From Candidatus Latescibacterota bacterium (lineage in GTDB: Bacteria > Latescibacterota > UBA2968 > GCA-2709665), in assembly GCA_963662665.2 (NCBI GenBank), contig CAXXJS010000040.1, positions 160,001 through 224,000 of the forward strand: DNA of 64,000 nt, written 5' to 3'. Positions 38,483 through 51,057 of the stretch are shown piece after piece. A program made the position numbers and the translations under genes. Each line of letters opens with the position of its first letter. Within the stretch, counting starts at the first letter, position 1. The notes below the pieces were generated by a model, which did not search any database, was not told where the DNA came from, and saw only the letters and a program-made list of their open reading frames with translations.

Positions 38483-39004
38483 TTGGCAAGGCTATCGTAT
38501 CGGGACGCGCGACCGGAAGTTCACGAAACGGCTTATCTGGCCGCGGGGGCGGTACTGGTCGGGAATGTGTTCATTGAGGCAGAGGCGAGTATCTGGTTCA
38601 ATGCCGTGTTGCGCGGCGACGAGGAGCCGATCAGGATCGGCAACGGGTCCAATATCCAGGATGGATCGGTCCTGCATACCGATCCGGGGTGCCCCTGTAC
38701 CGTTGGTGAGTACGTTACGGTCGGCCACAATGCGATTCTGCACGGTTGTACCATTGGTCGCGGGGCGACAATCGGGATGGGCGCAACGGTGTTGAACCAC
38801 GCACGGGTCGGCGAGGAGGCGCTTGTCGCGGCAAACGCGCTGGTGCTCGAAGGCACGGAGATTCCCGCCCGGTCGCTGGCAGCGGGCGTGCCAGCCAGAG
38901 TAAGACGGGAACTGACGGACGAGGAAGTTTCGAATTTCCGGAAGAATACGGACGGGTACATCCGGAGAAGGGAAGTCTACAAGGGTATTGATTCGAGAGA
39001 TTAG
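38483..39004 (+). CDS. Gamma carbonic anhydrase family protein (YrdA/PaaY-like)
   Basis: VLRGD, SNIQDG.VLH, VTVGHNAILHGC hexapeptide repeats. Confidence 0.92.
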   Translation: MARLSYRDARPEVHETAYLAAGAVLVGNVFIEAEASIWFNAVLRGDEEPIRIGNGSNIQDGSVLHTDPGCPCTVGEYVTVGHNAILHGCTIGRGATIGMGATVLNHARVGEEALVAANALVLEGTEIPARSLAAGVPARVRRELTDEEVSNFRKNTDGYIRRREVYKGIDSRD

Positions 39005-39137
39005 CATTGATATTTTCTGCAGGCGGGCCCCGTATGTTTCAGGGCGCCCGCGATTTTTTTTTTCTAATCGCGGCTTCCCGTTTCTCAGTCGCGACCAAAT
39101 GGGCCGAAGTTAACGCGCGAGCCGGTACGACGATCCA

Positions 39138-39240
39138 ATTACTCCCCCCTTGAGGGGGAGTCGCAGAAGCCGAGCCGGTCCCCTGATCCCTGCCCGTCGC
39201 CCGGCGGAGGGCCGGCGACGGCTGATGCGGCGGGGGGATT
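39138..39240. repeat. REP-like palindromic element
   Basis: ACTCCCCC-CTTGA-GGGGGAGT hairpin, followed by GCAGAAGCCG...CGGCTGATGC and GGGGGGA complementary to the 5' end. Confidence 0.55.
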
Positions 39241-39310
39241 TCGACGCCTTGCCGTTTGCATGTGAGGTCTTGCCTGAGCGCGTCAACCATCCGGGAGAAG
39301 ACGCCTGAAC

Positions 39311-39688
39311 GTGCATCCCATATCCGATATTACCGAGCGGTTTGAGCGGGGCGTCCGCGAGTTCAATGCCGGCGACTTTTATGCCGCTCACGACACGTGG
39401 GAGGACGTCTGGATGGACGTGCGGGGCCCTGAAAGGCCCTTCTTTCAAGGGATGATTCAGGTAGCCGTGGGCTATTACCATCTCACGTGTGAGAATTACG
39501 CGGGCGCTGAACACCTGTTGTCCCGGGGCATCCGAAAGCTGGAGCCGTACAGTCGCGGCCACCGGGGAGTCGATACAAAGGACGTGGTTCGAACCGCGCG
39601 GGCGGCGCTGGCGGAGGTCCTGGAGGTCCGCGCGGGTAGACGGAAGACGTACAGCTCGGAAATTGCGCCGAGTATTCGATGCGCCTGA
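39311..39688 (+). CDS. DUF309 domain protein
   Basis: FNAGDFYAAHDTWEDVW...FQGMIQVAVGYYH. Confidence 0.88.
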   Translation: MHPISDITERFERGVREFNAGDFYAAHDTWEDVWMDVRGPERPFFQGMIQVAVGYYHLTCENYAGAEHLLSRGIRKLEPYSRGHRGVDTKDVVRTARAALAEVLEVRAGRRKTYSSEIAPSIRCA

Positions 39689-39830
39689 TCTCCCGGATGA
39701 TGACTAACCTTGATTCGCAATTCTTCGGGGAAGCAAAACCGAATATATGCAAGTAGATAAAGGCGATTTAACTTCTGATTACCAGGATACACCAGGTCAC
39801 TGGACGTGGACTGAAAAAACGTCCTTTTTA

Positions 39831-39888
39831 ACGATCGTTACGCCCCGTTTCAGAGGTTTTCGTCGCGTTGCCGAGTTGCTGTTTTTTT
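39831..39888. repeat. ~60-bp dispersed repeat, copy 2
   Basis: Matches 18425-18483 in the same orientation with a few substitutions. Confidence 0.8.
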
Positions 39889-40188
39889 CACATTAAGGCT
39901 AAAACAATAAGGGACCTCCGGCCGTTTTTCTATTTCTCTACATGAAAAATGGCCGTACGCATTGCGGACTGCAAACTGTTCAGGTCGGTCACCGATACCC
40001 TGATACGGCTGAAACCGGGTTTGAGATTGGCTATTGGCGTGTCGCGCGAAGGCCGGAACAGGACAATGTTCATTGACAAGAACGACCGGCTCCCGTAAAT
40101 TGATTCAGGTCTATAAATTGTTATTATTTTGCAACGTAGCCTATGGGTCAGTCGCAAAGGCGACAAGGCGGCGCCAAAGGAGCTTTCA

Positions 40189-40977
40189 ATGCGGTTAGAG
40201 GGAAAGGTCGCCTGGATTACGGGCGGCGGCGCGGGCATTGGCAAGGCCGCCTCCATCCGGTTCGCAAGGGAAGGCGCGAAGGTGGTTCTGCTGGAACTGG
40301 ACCCGGTGCGAGGCGAGGCCGTCGTTGAGTCGATCAACCTGGCCGGCGGCGAGGCCGCGCTGGTTGTGGGCAGCGCTACGGACGAGACGGACGTGGACCG
40401 CGCGGTCGATTTAGCTATGAAAGCGTATGGCGGCCTTGATATTCTGGTAAACAATGCCTATTATTGCCATGGGACGCACGTCCTGGAGATTGATCCCGAA
40501 CTATGGGACAGAAATATCGAAGGATGCCTGAAGAGCGCTTATCTGTGCAGCCGGGCGGCGCTTCCGCGGATGATCGATCGTGGTGGCGGATCCATTGTGA
40601 ACATATCGTCCGTCAACGCGATCATGTCGTTTGGCGAGAGTGCGTACAGCGCGGGGAAGGCAGGCGTCATTTCGCTCACCAGGACAATGGCGGTGGATTA
40701 CGGACCCGAAGGGGTTCGGGTGAACGCAATTTGCCCGGGCACCGTCATTACGGAGGGGTGGCAGCCCGCACTCGAGAAAGACCCGGAATTATTCGAACGC
40801 ATCGCAGAGATCTATCCGCTCAAGCGCGTGGGCAAACCCGAGGAAATCGCGAACGTTGCGCTTTTTCTGGCCTCGGACGAGGCATCTTTCGTGACAGGCG
40901 CGGTTGTCGTGGCCGACGGCGGCGTGACGTCGGGAAATCCCGCATTTCTGGATCACGTGGAGGGTAAACTCCCGTGA
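40189..40977 (+). CDS. SDR family oxidoreductase
   Basis: TGGGAGIG, LVNNA, YSAGK, VNAICPG. Confidence 0.93.
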   Translation: MRLEGKVAWITGGGAGIGKAASIRFAREGAKVVLLELDPVRGEAVVESINLAGGEAALVVGSATDETDVDRAVDLAMKAYGGLDILVNNAYYCHGTHVLEIDPELWDRNIEGCLKSAYLCSRAALPRMIDRGGGSIVNISSVNAIMSFGESAYSAGKAGVISLTRTMAVDYGPEGVRVNAICPGTVITEGWQPALEKDPELFERIAEIYPLKRVGKPEEIANVALFLASDEASFVTGAVVVADGGVTSGNPAFLDHVEGKLP

Positions 40978-41897
40978 CCACGATGCTTCGATTGCGGGAT
41001 GGGACCATTTCAGATCCGGATCTCGCGGACCTGATGGCGCATTGTGCCAACGGAGGTGGAGCGGTAGCGCCGCCGGCAATGGAAACCCTCGAAAATCTGC
41101 GCGACGACCAGATTGTGCTGGCGTACGCCGGAACGGCCCCAGTGGGTGTCGGCGTACTCACGTATACGGGCAATGACCGCAACGCGGTGCTGAGTTTCCT
41201 GGGGGTACTCCCCGAATACCGCCGCGGCGGCGTGGGCCGCCGGTTGCTGATGAAGATGGAAGCGGTTGCCGGCGGAAACGGGTGCGAATCTTTGCGTACC
41301 GGCGCGAGCATCGGCAGCGACAACGCGGCCGCAACAGGGTTCCTGGAAGGGACAGGATGGAAGCCCGAGTTCGGCGCGGGGCTGAGGATGTGGCGGGAAC
41401 TTACGGATCTTCCCGAGGCGGAACCACCGGCGGGGTACCGGATCAGGACCTACGAAACCGGCGACGATGCAGCATTTGTACGGATTAAGAATGCGGCCTT
41501 TATGGTCGAAAACGGCGGCGGACGTGCGTGGACCGGGGCGGACTTCGAGAAGGAATATCTGGGCTCACCGTATTTTGAACCCGGGCGGATCCTGTTTGCT
41601 ATTTGCGGCGAAGAACCGGTAGGAACGACCACAGCCTGGACGGCCATGAATCGGGGCAGGGAAGTTGGTCTGATTCACTGGGTCGCTGTGGTTCCGGAAC
41701 ACCGGAAAAAGGGTCTGGGATGGGTGTTGAACGTGCGGGCGCTTCACAAATTGAAAGCGTTGGGGTACGGGGAGGCGATCCTGAACACCAGCGAGTCGCT
41801 GAAATCGGCCGTTCGCCTGTACCGCCGGCTGGGTTTTGAAGTGGTAGTCCGGCGTGCCGTTTACGGCAAAGCGTTGAACGGGCCCCCCAACCCGTAG
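40974..41897 (+). CDS. Tandem-domain GNAT N-acetyltransferase
   Basis: Two motif A copies: VLPEYRRGGVG and VVPEHRKKGLG; LYRRLGF. Confidence 0.88.
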   Translation: MTTMLRLRDGTISDPDLADLMAHCANGGGAVAPPAMETLENLRDDQIVLAYAGTAPVGVGVLTYTGNDRNAVLSFLGVLPEYRRGGVGRRLLMKMEAVAGGNGCESLRTGASIGSDNAAATGFLEGTGWKPEFGAGLRMWRELTDLPEAEPPAGYRIRTYETGDDAAFVRIKNAAFMVENGGGRAWTGADFEKEYLGSPYFEPGRILFAICGEEPVGTTTAWTAMNRGREVGLIHWVAVVPEHRKKGLGWVLNVRALHKLKALGYGEAILNTSESLKSAVRLYRRLGFEVVVRRAVYGKALNGPPNP

Positions 41898-41956
41898 TCC
41901 AATTGTTCAACTGGCGTTCGAAGCTTGATGTCTGGCCGGGTGTGAGGATAGTAGAT

Positions 41957-42475
41957 ATGAATCGATGTCTGGTGGTTCTCTTGTTCCTCTGCCTGGGCTG
42001 CGGATCATCCGATCCCGTCGGTGTGGTCGAACCGACGCCGTATCCTTCGGGTACGATGTTGTCGGTCACCGCGTCGGACCTGAATACGTACCTCGTAAAC
42101 GTTGCGCGGTCCTATGAGACTGTGAATGTGATGAATGCCGAGTTCGGGTCCATCACCCAGGGATGGAGGGGTGGCGTGGTTTCCACGTACTGGACGCGAC
42201 AGTTCATGTCGAATCTGATTGTCCGCATTGAGGAGTTGCAGGAGCGGGTCAAGGGTATCAGGCCGGATGACGCCGAATTACGCCGGATTCACGCCAGCTA
42301 CGAGCAGGGGCTGGCTACCTTTCACGAGGCATTTATCGCCTTTGTCGACCAGATTGACTTTCCCACGCCTGAAGGGATTGAAGGCGTAAACCTGCTGATT
42401 TTCAGAGGCAACAGGCGAATAGATGAATTCCAACTGATGTTGAGCAATCTTGCAGGAAGGCAGATTCAGTTTTAG
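41957..42475 (+). CDS. Hypothetical lipoprotein
   Basis: MNRCLVVLLFLCLGC lipobox; predicted helical body. Confidence 0.65.
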   Translation: MNRCLVVLLFLCLGCGSSDPVGVVEPTPYPSGTMLSVTASDLNTYLVNVARSYETVNVMNAEFGSITQGWRGGVVSTYWTRQFMSNLIVRIEELQERVKGIRPDDAELRRIHASYEQGLATFHEAFIAFVDQIDFPTPEGIEGVNLLIFRGNRRIDEFQLMLSNLAGRQIQF

Positions 42476-42837
42476 ATACTGTTCAGGACTTCTGAGACCC
42501 GGAATCACCCCTGATCCGGTGTGTCGGCGGGGAAATCGCGAATAATCCCCTATTCGATCCTGTCGGCATTCTGTCTCCCCTTACGTTTCATCGCCATGCT
42601 TTGCAATCCACATGCCAGTTGAACGCGCACGTGGACCGGGCAGCAGTCTGCCGTCATGGCAGAACGCAAGCCGATGGGACGATTCCGCCACATACAGGAA
42701 TATTCGTGAGCTATCGTTCAGTATCGATCCTTCGATCGAACGCGGACCGCTCCATGCCGAAAGATTTCATTTGCGCCGCCGTCCTTGCCGCGGTCGTCCT
42801 CTGCATCCTTGGCGCGGCGTCGCCGGCCTGGTCCCAG

Positions 42838-45800
42838 TACCCGGACCTGGTGGCGTCTGTTTCGTCGCTGACGATAACAGAGGGATCCAGCAAAAGTTAC
42901 ACCATTAAGCTGGCGTCACGGCCGACCGCAACCGTCACAGTTTACGTTACAGGAACTCACGATACAGATCTTTCCGTGAAAGGCAGTCCACTGGAATTTA
43001 CGACAGACAACTGGAACTCGCCGCAGACTGTGACGGTGTCAGCCGGTGAGGACAGTGACGATGCCAATGATTCGGGCACGCTCAAGCACGTCGCATTTGG
43101 GATCTGCTGCTGCGGGACCCTCAGCGGCACACTTCCTGTCACCGTGGTCGACAACGAAAGGTTCAACCTTGTGCTCTCGCCGGCCTCGCTGACTGTCGGC
43201 GAGGGAAGTAGCGCCACCTACACCGTGAAGCTGGTACTGCAGCCCGCGGGAAACGTTACCGTCTCCATCGGCGGCACATCCGGAACCGACCTATCATTGA
43301 ACAGATCCGCCCTGACCTTCTCGACCGGCAATTGGAACTCCCCGCAAACGGTGAGGGTTACGGCGCGACAGGACGAGGACCGAGGCCATGACAGCGAGAC
43401 GATCACACACACGGCCTCGGGCGGAGGCTACGGTTCGGCCAGCGCAAACCTCCCGGTTACCGTGACGGACGACGACGTGGCCGATCTGGTGCTGTCTCCC
43501 ACCTCGTTGACTATCGAGGAAGGCCGGAGCGGCGCCTATACCGTCAGGCTAGCGGCACGACCCGATGGTGATGTAAAGTTGACCGTTGACGCTTTTTCGG
43601 GAGATAACCTTGCGCTTGACAAGTACGAACTGACGTTCACGACCAACAACTGGAATTCTCCACAGTCGGTGAGGGTCACGCCCGGGCAGGATCCGGACGG
43701 GGCGGACGAACGGGAAGGCGTTTGGCACGCAGGCTCGGGGGGCGGCTACGGGTCGGTGTTCAAGTCCATCTTCGTTGACGTGACTGACGACGACACACCG
43801 GACCTCGTGTTGTCGGAGCGTTCGCTGACCATCAACGAAGGAGAAAACACCACCTACACCGTCAAGCTGGCGATCGTGCCCACCGAAGACGTAACGGTGA
43901 CCATCGGCGGCTGGTCGGGGACCGACCTTTCCTTGAACAATTCCACTCTAACGTTTGACACCAACACCTGGAATTCCCCGCAGACGGTGAGGGTCACGGC
44001 AGGTACAGACATGGACGGCATCAATGATAGCGAAACGCTCACGCACGCGGCCTCGGGGGGCGGCTACGGGTCGGTGAGCAAGAACCTTCCCGTTACCGTG
44101 ACCGACAAGGACGCGCCAAATCTGTTGCTTTCGGACGGGTCGCTGACGATAGACGAAGGGGACAACAGAACCTACACGGTTCGACTGGCGACCCTCCCGA
44201 CGGGAAACGTGACGGTGACCATCGACGGCACGTCAGGGACCGACCTTGACCTGGACAAAACCACGCTGACGTTCACGACCAACACCTGGAACTCCCCACA
44301 GACCGTGAGGGTAACCGCCGGACAGGACGATGACGGGGCCGAGGACACCGCCACGTTGACCCACAGGGCTTCCAGCGGCGGCTACGCAGGTGTAAGCAAG
44401 GGCCTGCCGGTTACCGTGACCGACAACGACACCCCCGACCTGCTGCTGTCGACCAATACGTTGGGCATAAACGAAAGCGAAAGCGAGACCTATACCGTCA
44501 AACTGGCCACGCAGCCCACGGGTAACGTAACGGTGACCATCGGAGGTTTCTCCGGGACCGACCTTTCGCTGAGTACGTCGAGGCTGAGTTTCAATACCAA
44601 CACCTGGAACAGCCCCCGGACCGTGAGAGTGACCGCCCGCACGGACATGGACAACGTGAACGACAGCGAGACGTTAACGCACACTGCATCGGGGGCCGAT
44701 TACGGGGCGGTGAGCAAAAACCTTCCCGTAACGGTGACCGACGACGACGTGCCCAATCTGCTGTTGTCCCCTGGTTCGCTGACGATCGACGAGGGACTCA
44801 ACAGGACCTATACCGTCAAGCTCGCGACGCAGCCGACAGGCACGGTCACCGTGACCGTCGGCGGCTGGTCCGGTACCGACCTCTCGCTGGACAAGGACGA
44901 ACTGACGTTCGGCACCGATACATGGAATTCCGCCCAGACGGTGAGGGTAACCGCCAATACGGACGACGACGGCGCCGGGGACAGCGAGACGCTCACGCAC
45001 ACGGCCTCGGGCGGTGGGTACGGAGCTATAAGCAAAGACCTTCCTGTTACGGTCACGGACAACGATACGCCGGATCTTCTGTTGTCGGAGCGTTCGCTGA
45101 CGATCAACGAAGGCGAAAATGCCACCTACACAGTAGCGTTGGCAACGCAGCCGACGGCAACAGTAACGGTGACAATCAGCGGATGGTCCGGGACCGACCT
45201 CTCGCTGAACAATTCCACGCTGACGTTCGACAGGAACACCTGGAACTCACCGCAGACGGTCCGCGTCACGGCAGGCACGGATTCGGACGGTACGAATGAC
45301 AGCGAGACGCTCACCCATACGGCTTCGGGCAGCGACTACGGGTCGATAGGCAAGACCCTACCCGTTACCGTGACGGACAAAGACGCGCCCAATCTTCTGC
45401 TCACACCCACCTCGCTTCCTGTCGATGAAGGTGAAGACGAAACCTATACCGTCGAACTGACGACGTTGCCTTCGGCCGACGTGACCGTGAGCATTCGGAT
45501 AGGAACGGGGGCGCCCCTTTCCCTGGACAATCCTTCCCTGACGTTTACAACCAACACCTGGAACTCGCCGCAGACCGTCAGGGTCACCGCCAGACAGGAC
45601 CCGGACGCGGCCAACAACAGCGCAACGCTGACCCATACTGCCTCGGGCGGCGACTACGGCTCGGTGAAAGGCGAACTCACCGTCAACGTGACGGACAACG
45701 ACACGCCGGATCTGCTGCTGGTGCCCGTGTCGCTGGGTGTCAATGAAAGCGAGAGCGCCAACTACACAGTCGAACTGGCGACACAGCCAACGGCCAACGT

Positions 45801-46660
45801 GACCGTGACCATCGGCGGCTGGTCGGGGACCGACCTTTCGCTGAACAGGACCACGCTGACCTTCAGCAGAACAACATGGAATTCCGCCCAGACGGTGCGC
45901 GTCACGGCACGCTCGGACACGGACATGGACAACGACAACGAGACGCTCACGCACACGGCCTCGGGGGGCGACTACGGTTCGGTGAGCAAAGACCTCCCCG
46001 TCACCGTCACAGACAACGACGTTCCCAATCTGCTGCTGTCCCCGGGTTCGCTGACGATCGGCGAGGACGACAACGAAAACTATACCGTGAAGCTGGCGAC
46101 TCAGCCCTCCGGCGACGTGACGGTGACGATCGGCGGCTGGTCCGGGACCGATCTCACCCTGGACGAGACCACCCTCACGTTCAGCAATACGACCTGGAAT
46201 TCCGCGAAGACTGTGAGAGTCACTGCGGGCGATGACACGGACAAAATCGATGACAGCGAGACGCTCACCCATACGGCCTCCGGCGGCGGTTACGGAGGGG
46301 TGAGCAAAGACCTCCCCGTGACGGTTACCGACAACGATAAACCTCGCTTGATCCTTTCTCGAAATTCACTGACGATCGACGAAGGCGGGAGGGTCGCCTA
46401 TACGGTCAAGCTGGCGACGCAGCCCACGGGTGACGTGACCGTGTCAATCAGCGGCACTTCGGGGACGGACCTTTCGTTGAACAATTCCAGCCTGGCGTTT
46501 GACACCAATACCTGGAACTCCCCGCAGACGGTGAGAGTTACGGCAGGACAGGACGGCGACGCATCCAATGACAGCGCGACGCTCAGGCATATGGCGTCGG
46601 GCGGCGACTACGGCGGGGTGTCCAAATACCTTTCCGTTACCGTGAGGGACGATGATGTGG
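42838..46660 (+). repeat. Array of twelve 318-bp coding repeats
   Basis: The TACAC.GT motif recurs at 318-bp spacing (43218, 43854, 44172, 44490, 44808, 45126, 45762). Confidence 0.9.
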
Positions 46661-47345
46661 GTCGGACGCGGACGTCTGTCGCCGTGCAGGTGTCGTTTGC
46701 GCAGGCAACGTACACGGCGACGGAAGGCGGCGGTGCGACGACCGTGAGCCTGTACCTTAACCAGAATCCCAGGCGTAAAGTAGTGGTCCCGCTGACGGTT
46801 ACAATGAATGGCGGGGCGACACAGGACGACTACACCGGTGTGCCGGAAGGCATTACGTTCTATAGCAATCAATTAAAACAGTCGTTTGACGTCACTGCTG
46901 TCGACGACGACGTATACGATGGCGGTGAGAGCCTGACCTTCGGCTTCGGCAGATTGCCCAGCGGGGTCAGCACAGGCAAACATGCAACGTCACTGATCAT
47001 CCTGCAGGACAACGACGGCGGCGTCAGAGTGTCTTTTGACCAGCCGACATACGCAGCGGAAGAGGGTGGGGCCGACGCGGTGGTGCGCGTCCGCCTGAGC
47101 AAGGATGCCACACGCGAGGTTTCGATTCCGTTGACAGCGACTTATGTAGGGGGGGCGACGGAAGAGGACTTCCGCGACGTACCGGAGCAGGTCACCTTTG
47201 GCCGTGGAGAGTCGGAAAAGAATATCAGGGTCGCCGCCGTCGACGACGATATGGATGACGACGGCGAGAGCCTGACGCTCGGCTTCGAGATGTTGCCCGA
47301 CGGGTTCCGAGAAGGTGAGAATGCCGTGACCTCCGTCAATATAAG

Positions 47346-48381
47346 GGACAACGACGACCCGGTGGTTATCGTGTCCTTTGGCCGGCCGTCCTACGAAAGC
47401 CGGGAAGGCGGCCCTGCCGCCGTCGTCCGCGTGCAATTAAGCGCGGACCCGGAACGACGGGTGGCGATTCCATTGACGGCAACACCGGGAAATGGCGCGA
47501 CAGCCGGCGACTATTCGGGCGTACCGGACAGTACTGTCTTTCTCAGCGGTCAGACGGCAAGAGATATTGTGGTAACGGCGATCGATGACAACCTGAACGA
47601 CAACGGCGAAACCCTGACGCTCACCATCGGGACACCGCCCGAGAGGGTCAACGTTGGGAGCCCTTCAGCAACCGTTGTGCGCCTTGCGGACAACGACGAC
47701 CCGGTGGTTATCGTGTCCTTTGGCCGGCCGTCCTACGAAAGCCGGGAAGGCGGCCCTGCCGCCGTCGTCCGCGTGCAATTAAGCGCGGACCCGGAGCGAC
47801 GGGTGGCGATTCCATTGACGGCAACACCGGGAAATGGCGCGACAGCCGGCGACTATTCGGGCGTACCGGACAGTACTGTCTTTCTCAGCGGTCAGACGGC
47901 AAGAGATATTGTGGTAACGGCGATCGATGACAACCTGAACGACAACGGCGAAACCCTGACGCTCACCATCGGGACACCGCCCGAGAGGGTCAACGTTGGG
48001 AGCCCTTCAGCAACCGTTGTGCGTCTTGCGGACAACGACGACCCGGTGGTTATCGTGTCCTTTGGCCGGCCGTCCTACGAAAGCCGGGAAGGCGGCCCTG
48101 CCGCCGTCGTTCGCGTACAATTGAGCGCGGACCCGGAGCGACGGGTGGCGATTCCATTGATGGCGACACCGGAAAATGGCGCGACAGCCGGCGACTATTC
48201 GGGCGTACCGGACAGTACTGTCTTTCTCAGCGGTCAGACGGCAAGAGATATTGTGGTAACGGCGATCGATGACAACCTGAACGACAACGGCGAAACCCTG
48301 ACGCTCACCATCGGGACACCGCCCGAGAGGGTCAACGTTGGGAGCCCTTCAGCAACCGTTGTGCGCCTTGCGGACAACGAC
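47346..48381 (+). repeat. Three near-identical 342-bp tandem repeats
   Basis: GGACAACGAC starts at 47346, 47688, 48030 and 48372; only scattered substitutions between copies. Confidence 0.95.
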
Positions 48382-51031
48382 TATCCTCCGGTGAGGATCT
48401 CATTTGGCGCGGCGGAATACACAGCCGAAGAGGGGGGCGAGGCGGCGAGCATAAGCTTGAGGCTGAGCGCGGATCCCGAACGCCAGGTCACCATTCCACT
48501 TGACGTGACCCCCGGCAACGGCGCCACACAGGCGGACTACAGGGTACCAACCGAACGTGACCTTCAGCAGCGGTGACACGACCAGAACGGTTGAACTGCT
48601 CGCGGTTGACGACGACGTCGACGATGACGGCGAGACCGTATCGATCGGATTGGGCACGCTCCCGCCCATGGTCAACGCAGGAGACCTGACGACAGCTACC
48701 GTTGCATTGACCGACAACGACGAACGGGGCGTGAACGTGTCCCCGACGTCGCTGTCGATTGCCGAAGGGGATACCGGCAGATATACCGTGACGATTGGAA
48801 GCGCGCCGACGGCAGCGGTTACGATCGTCGTGACGGGAATGGAGAATACGGACGTGTCGGTGGACCGGACGCGGTTGACGTTCACGGCACGGAATTGGGA
48901 AGTGCCACAGGAGGTTGAAGTACGAAGCCGGGACGACGCGGATGCCATTGCGGATCAGGTGACGTTGCGCCACACGATAAGTGGCGGGGACTACACGGCC
49001 CTGGAGGCGCCGTCGGTTGTCGTAACGGTCCTCGAAGATGAATTGCCGGCGATAACGGTGGCGGACCAGCAGGCCCCTGAAGGCGCGTTGGCGATTGTAT
49101 TCGCCGTTGTAATGGACATGCCAAGCAGTGAGGAGGTTACGGTTAAATACGCGACCTCCAACGGCACGGCGGTGGCGGGGGCAGACTACACGACAACACA
49201 GGGAACACTGCGCTTTACGGCGTTGCAGACCCGTCAGACGATCCGTGTTCCCATCATCGACGACGATGTGGATGAAGATGCGGAAACGTTCACACTGACG
49301 CTGACCGAGCCGGCGAATGCGGTCCTGGCTGGCGGCGCGGCGATTGCAACGGGCACGATTGACGACAATGATGCCGCAAGTGAGGCGCTGGAGGTCCTGC
49401 TTTCGAGCGTCGGTAGAATGGTGGCAACGGATGTGATCAACGTCGTCAGCGGTCGATTCGACCAACCGATGGGAATCGAACCTTCGCTTACGCTGGGCGG
49501 GCTGCCGGTGGGATCGTATGGGGCCGGTCGCGGCGACCGGTCACGGTATGCCGCCGGATCCAGGCTCAGCAGGCCATCGACGCCCGGCGATGAGCTCTGG
49601 ATACCATTGGAAACGCAGATTTCACACCCTCACGGTCTGAACGCGCCGGCGTCTTTCGAAAGCCGGTCGAGCGCATCCGGACTGTTGTACGGCAGCGACT
49701 TCGAGATGCCGCTCACGCGCACGGACAGAGTTGGGGCCTGGGTCCTGTGGGGACAGATCACCCTGACCGGTTTTTCGAGTCTTCCAAACGCCATACGCAG
49801 AATGGATGCGGATGGCTTCACCGGGTACCTCGGCATTGAATACCAGATGCGACGGAATCTGCTGGTTGGGCTTGCGTTAACGCACAGCCGGGGCGACCTC
49901 GACTACAATCACGTGAAAACCAGAAACACGCTTGTGCCCAGTGACTACGGCATCACCAGTCTCATGCCGTATGTGCACTTGCAGGTACGCCCCGGATTGG
50001 GGATCTGGGGAATGGCCGGATATGGGCGCGGCAGTTCGGATATGCAAGACCTACTAGGGTTCCACGACGCGGATTTGAGGCTGGCGATGGGCGCGACAGG
50101 CGCCAGACAGGAACTGTCCAGTTGGCATGGCATCGGTTTCGCGGTAAAGGGAGACGCTTTCTACGTTCGGACAAAATCCGACGGTACCGTGCGACTGCCG
50201 GACGTGCGGGTGGAGGCCAAGCGGGTGCGATTGATGATTGAAAGCCGGCGGACGCTTGCCTTCGACCCCGTATTGCGGTTTACCCCCAGTGTTGAAATCG
50301 GCGCGCGTTGGGACAGGGGCCATGTGGAGAAAGGCGCGGGCATCGACGTGGGCGGAGGGTTCCAACTGGCGCATGCTGACCGCGGCGTCAGTCTGTCCAC
50401 ACACTTGCGGTACCTGCTGATTCACCAGCAGGACGCACGCGAGGAATGGGGCCTGAGTCTGATTATGCGTATTGATCCCGGATTGGTAAGAGAGGGAATC
50501 GTCATGGATATATCACCGGTTTGGGGCGCACCCGGAGGTGGTCCGGAAGGGTTATGGCGCAGCAATTCAGGACTGGGATTCGGAAGTCCACGTGGAGCGG
50601 AGCGCGCGGCGAACGTGCGCCCGGACCGCATGCAATTCAATCTGGGATATCAACTGTTGACCCACAAGAACGACGCGTTGGTGACGCCATACGTCGGGTG
50701 GACAACGGGTGTCCACGGTTTTCAGCGCTATCGCATCGGCAGTCGGCTGTTTGCAGGAACGGCCGTGGATATGAACCTGGAAGGCATGCGTCAGTTGAGT
50801 GCGCATCGTTCGAGCGCTTATGGATTGATGCTGCGCGGACGGATGCGATGGTGAGAGAAAAACGGGGAGACGGAAGACGGAGGAAGTAAGAGGGCCGCAC
50901 CGCGGCCACCGGACGATACGGACCTGCGATATCGGTGTCATGGACGTCCGTTTCTCGTAGCGGCGGTTGGCGAATCGCTCGCGTTTTTTTCCATAAAGAC
51001 TTAAAAAATATATAATAATATGTAAACACAC

Positions 51032-51057
51032 AAAGAGGATCCTTAAGGATCCTCTTT
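51032..51057. promoter_or_regulatory. Perfect 26-bp palindrome in an AT-rich intergenic region (operator or hairpin)
   Basis: AAAGAGGATCCTT|AAGGATCCTCTTT. Confidence 0.55.

Larger units (their letters stand above)
42754..50854 (+). pseudogene. Giant autotransporter adhesin (Ig-like and Calx-beta repeats plus beta-barrel), split by a frameshift near 48556
   Basis: Signal peptide; 12 x ~106-aa repeats (LTF...WNSPQTVRVTA); ~114-aa Calx-beta-like repeats; second ORF 48557-50854 continues the broken repeat (VTFSSGDT) and ends in a beta-barrel with terminal W. Confidence 0.85.

Noticed and set aside
40011-40036. TGAAAC as a possible further ECF promoter
   Set aside because: The -10 position at N16 is TATT, not CGT; a TTGACA promoter at ~40073 is more plausible.
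42838-48381. CRISPR-like or DGR-like repeats
   Set aside because: The repeats are in-frame protein domains with no unique spacers, no cas or reverse transcriptase genes, and no evident adenine-specific variation.
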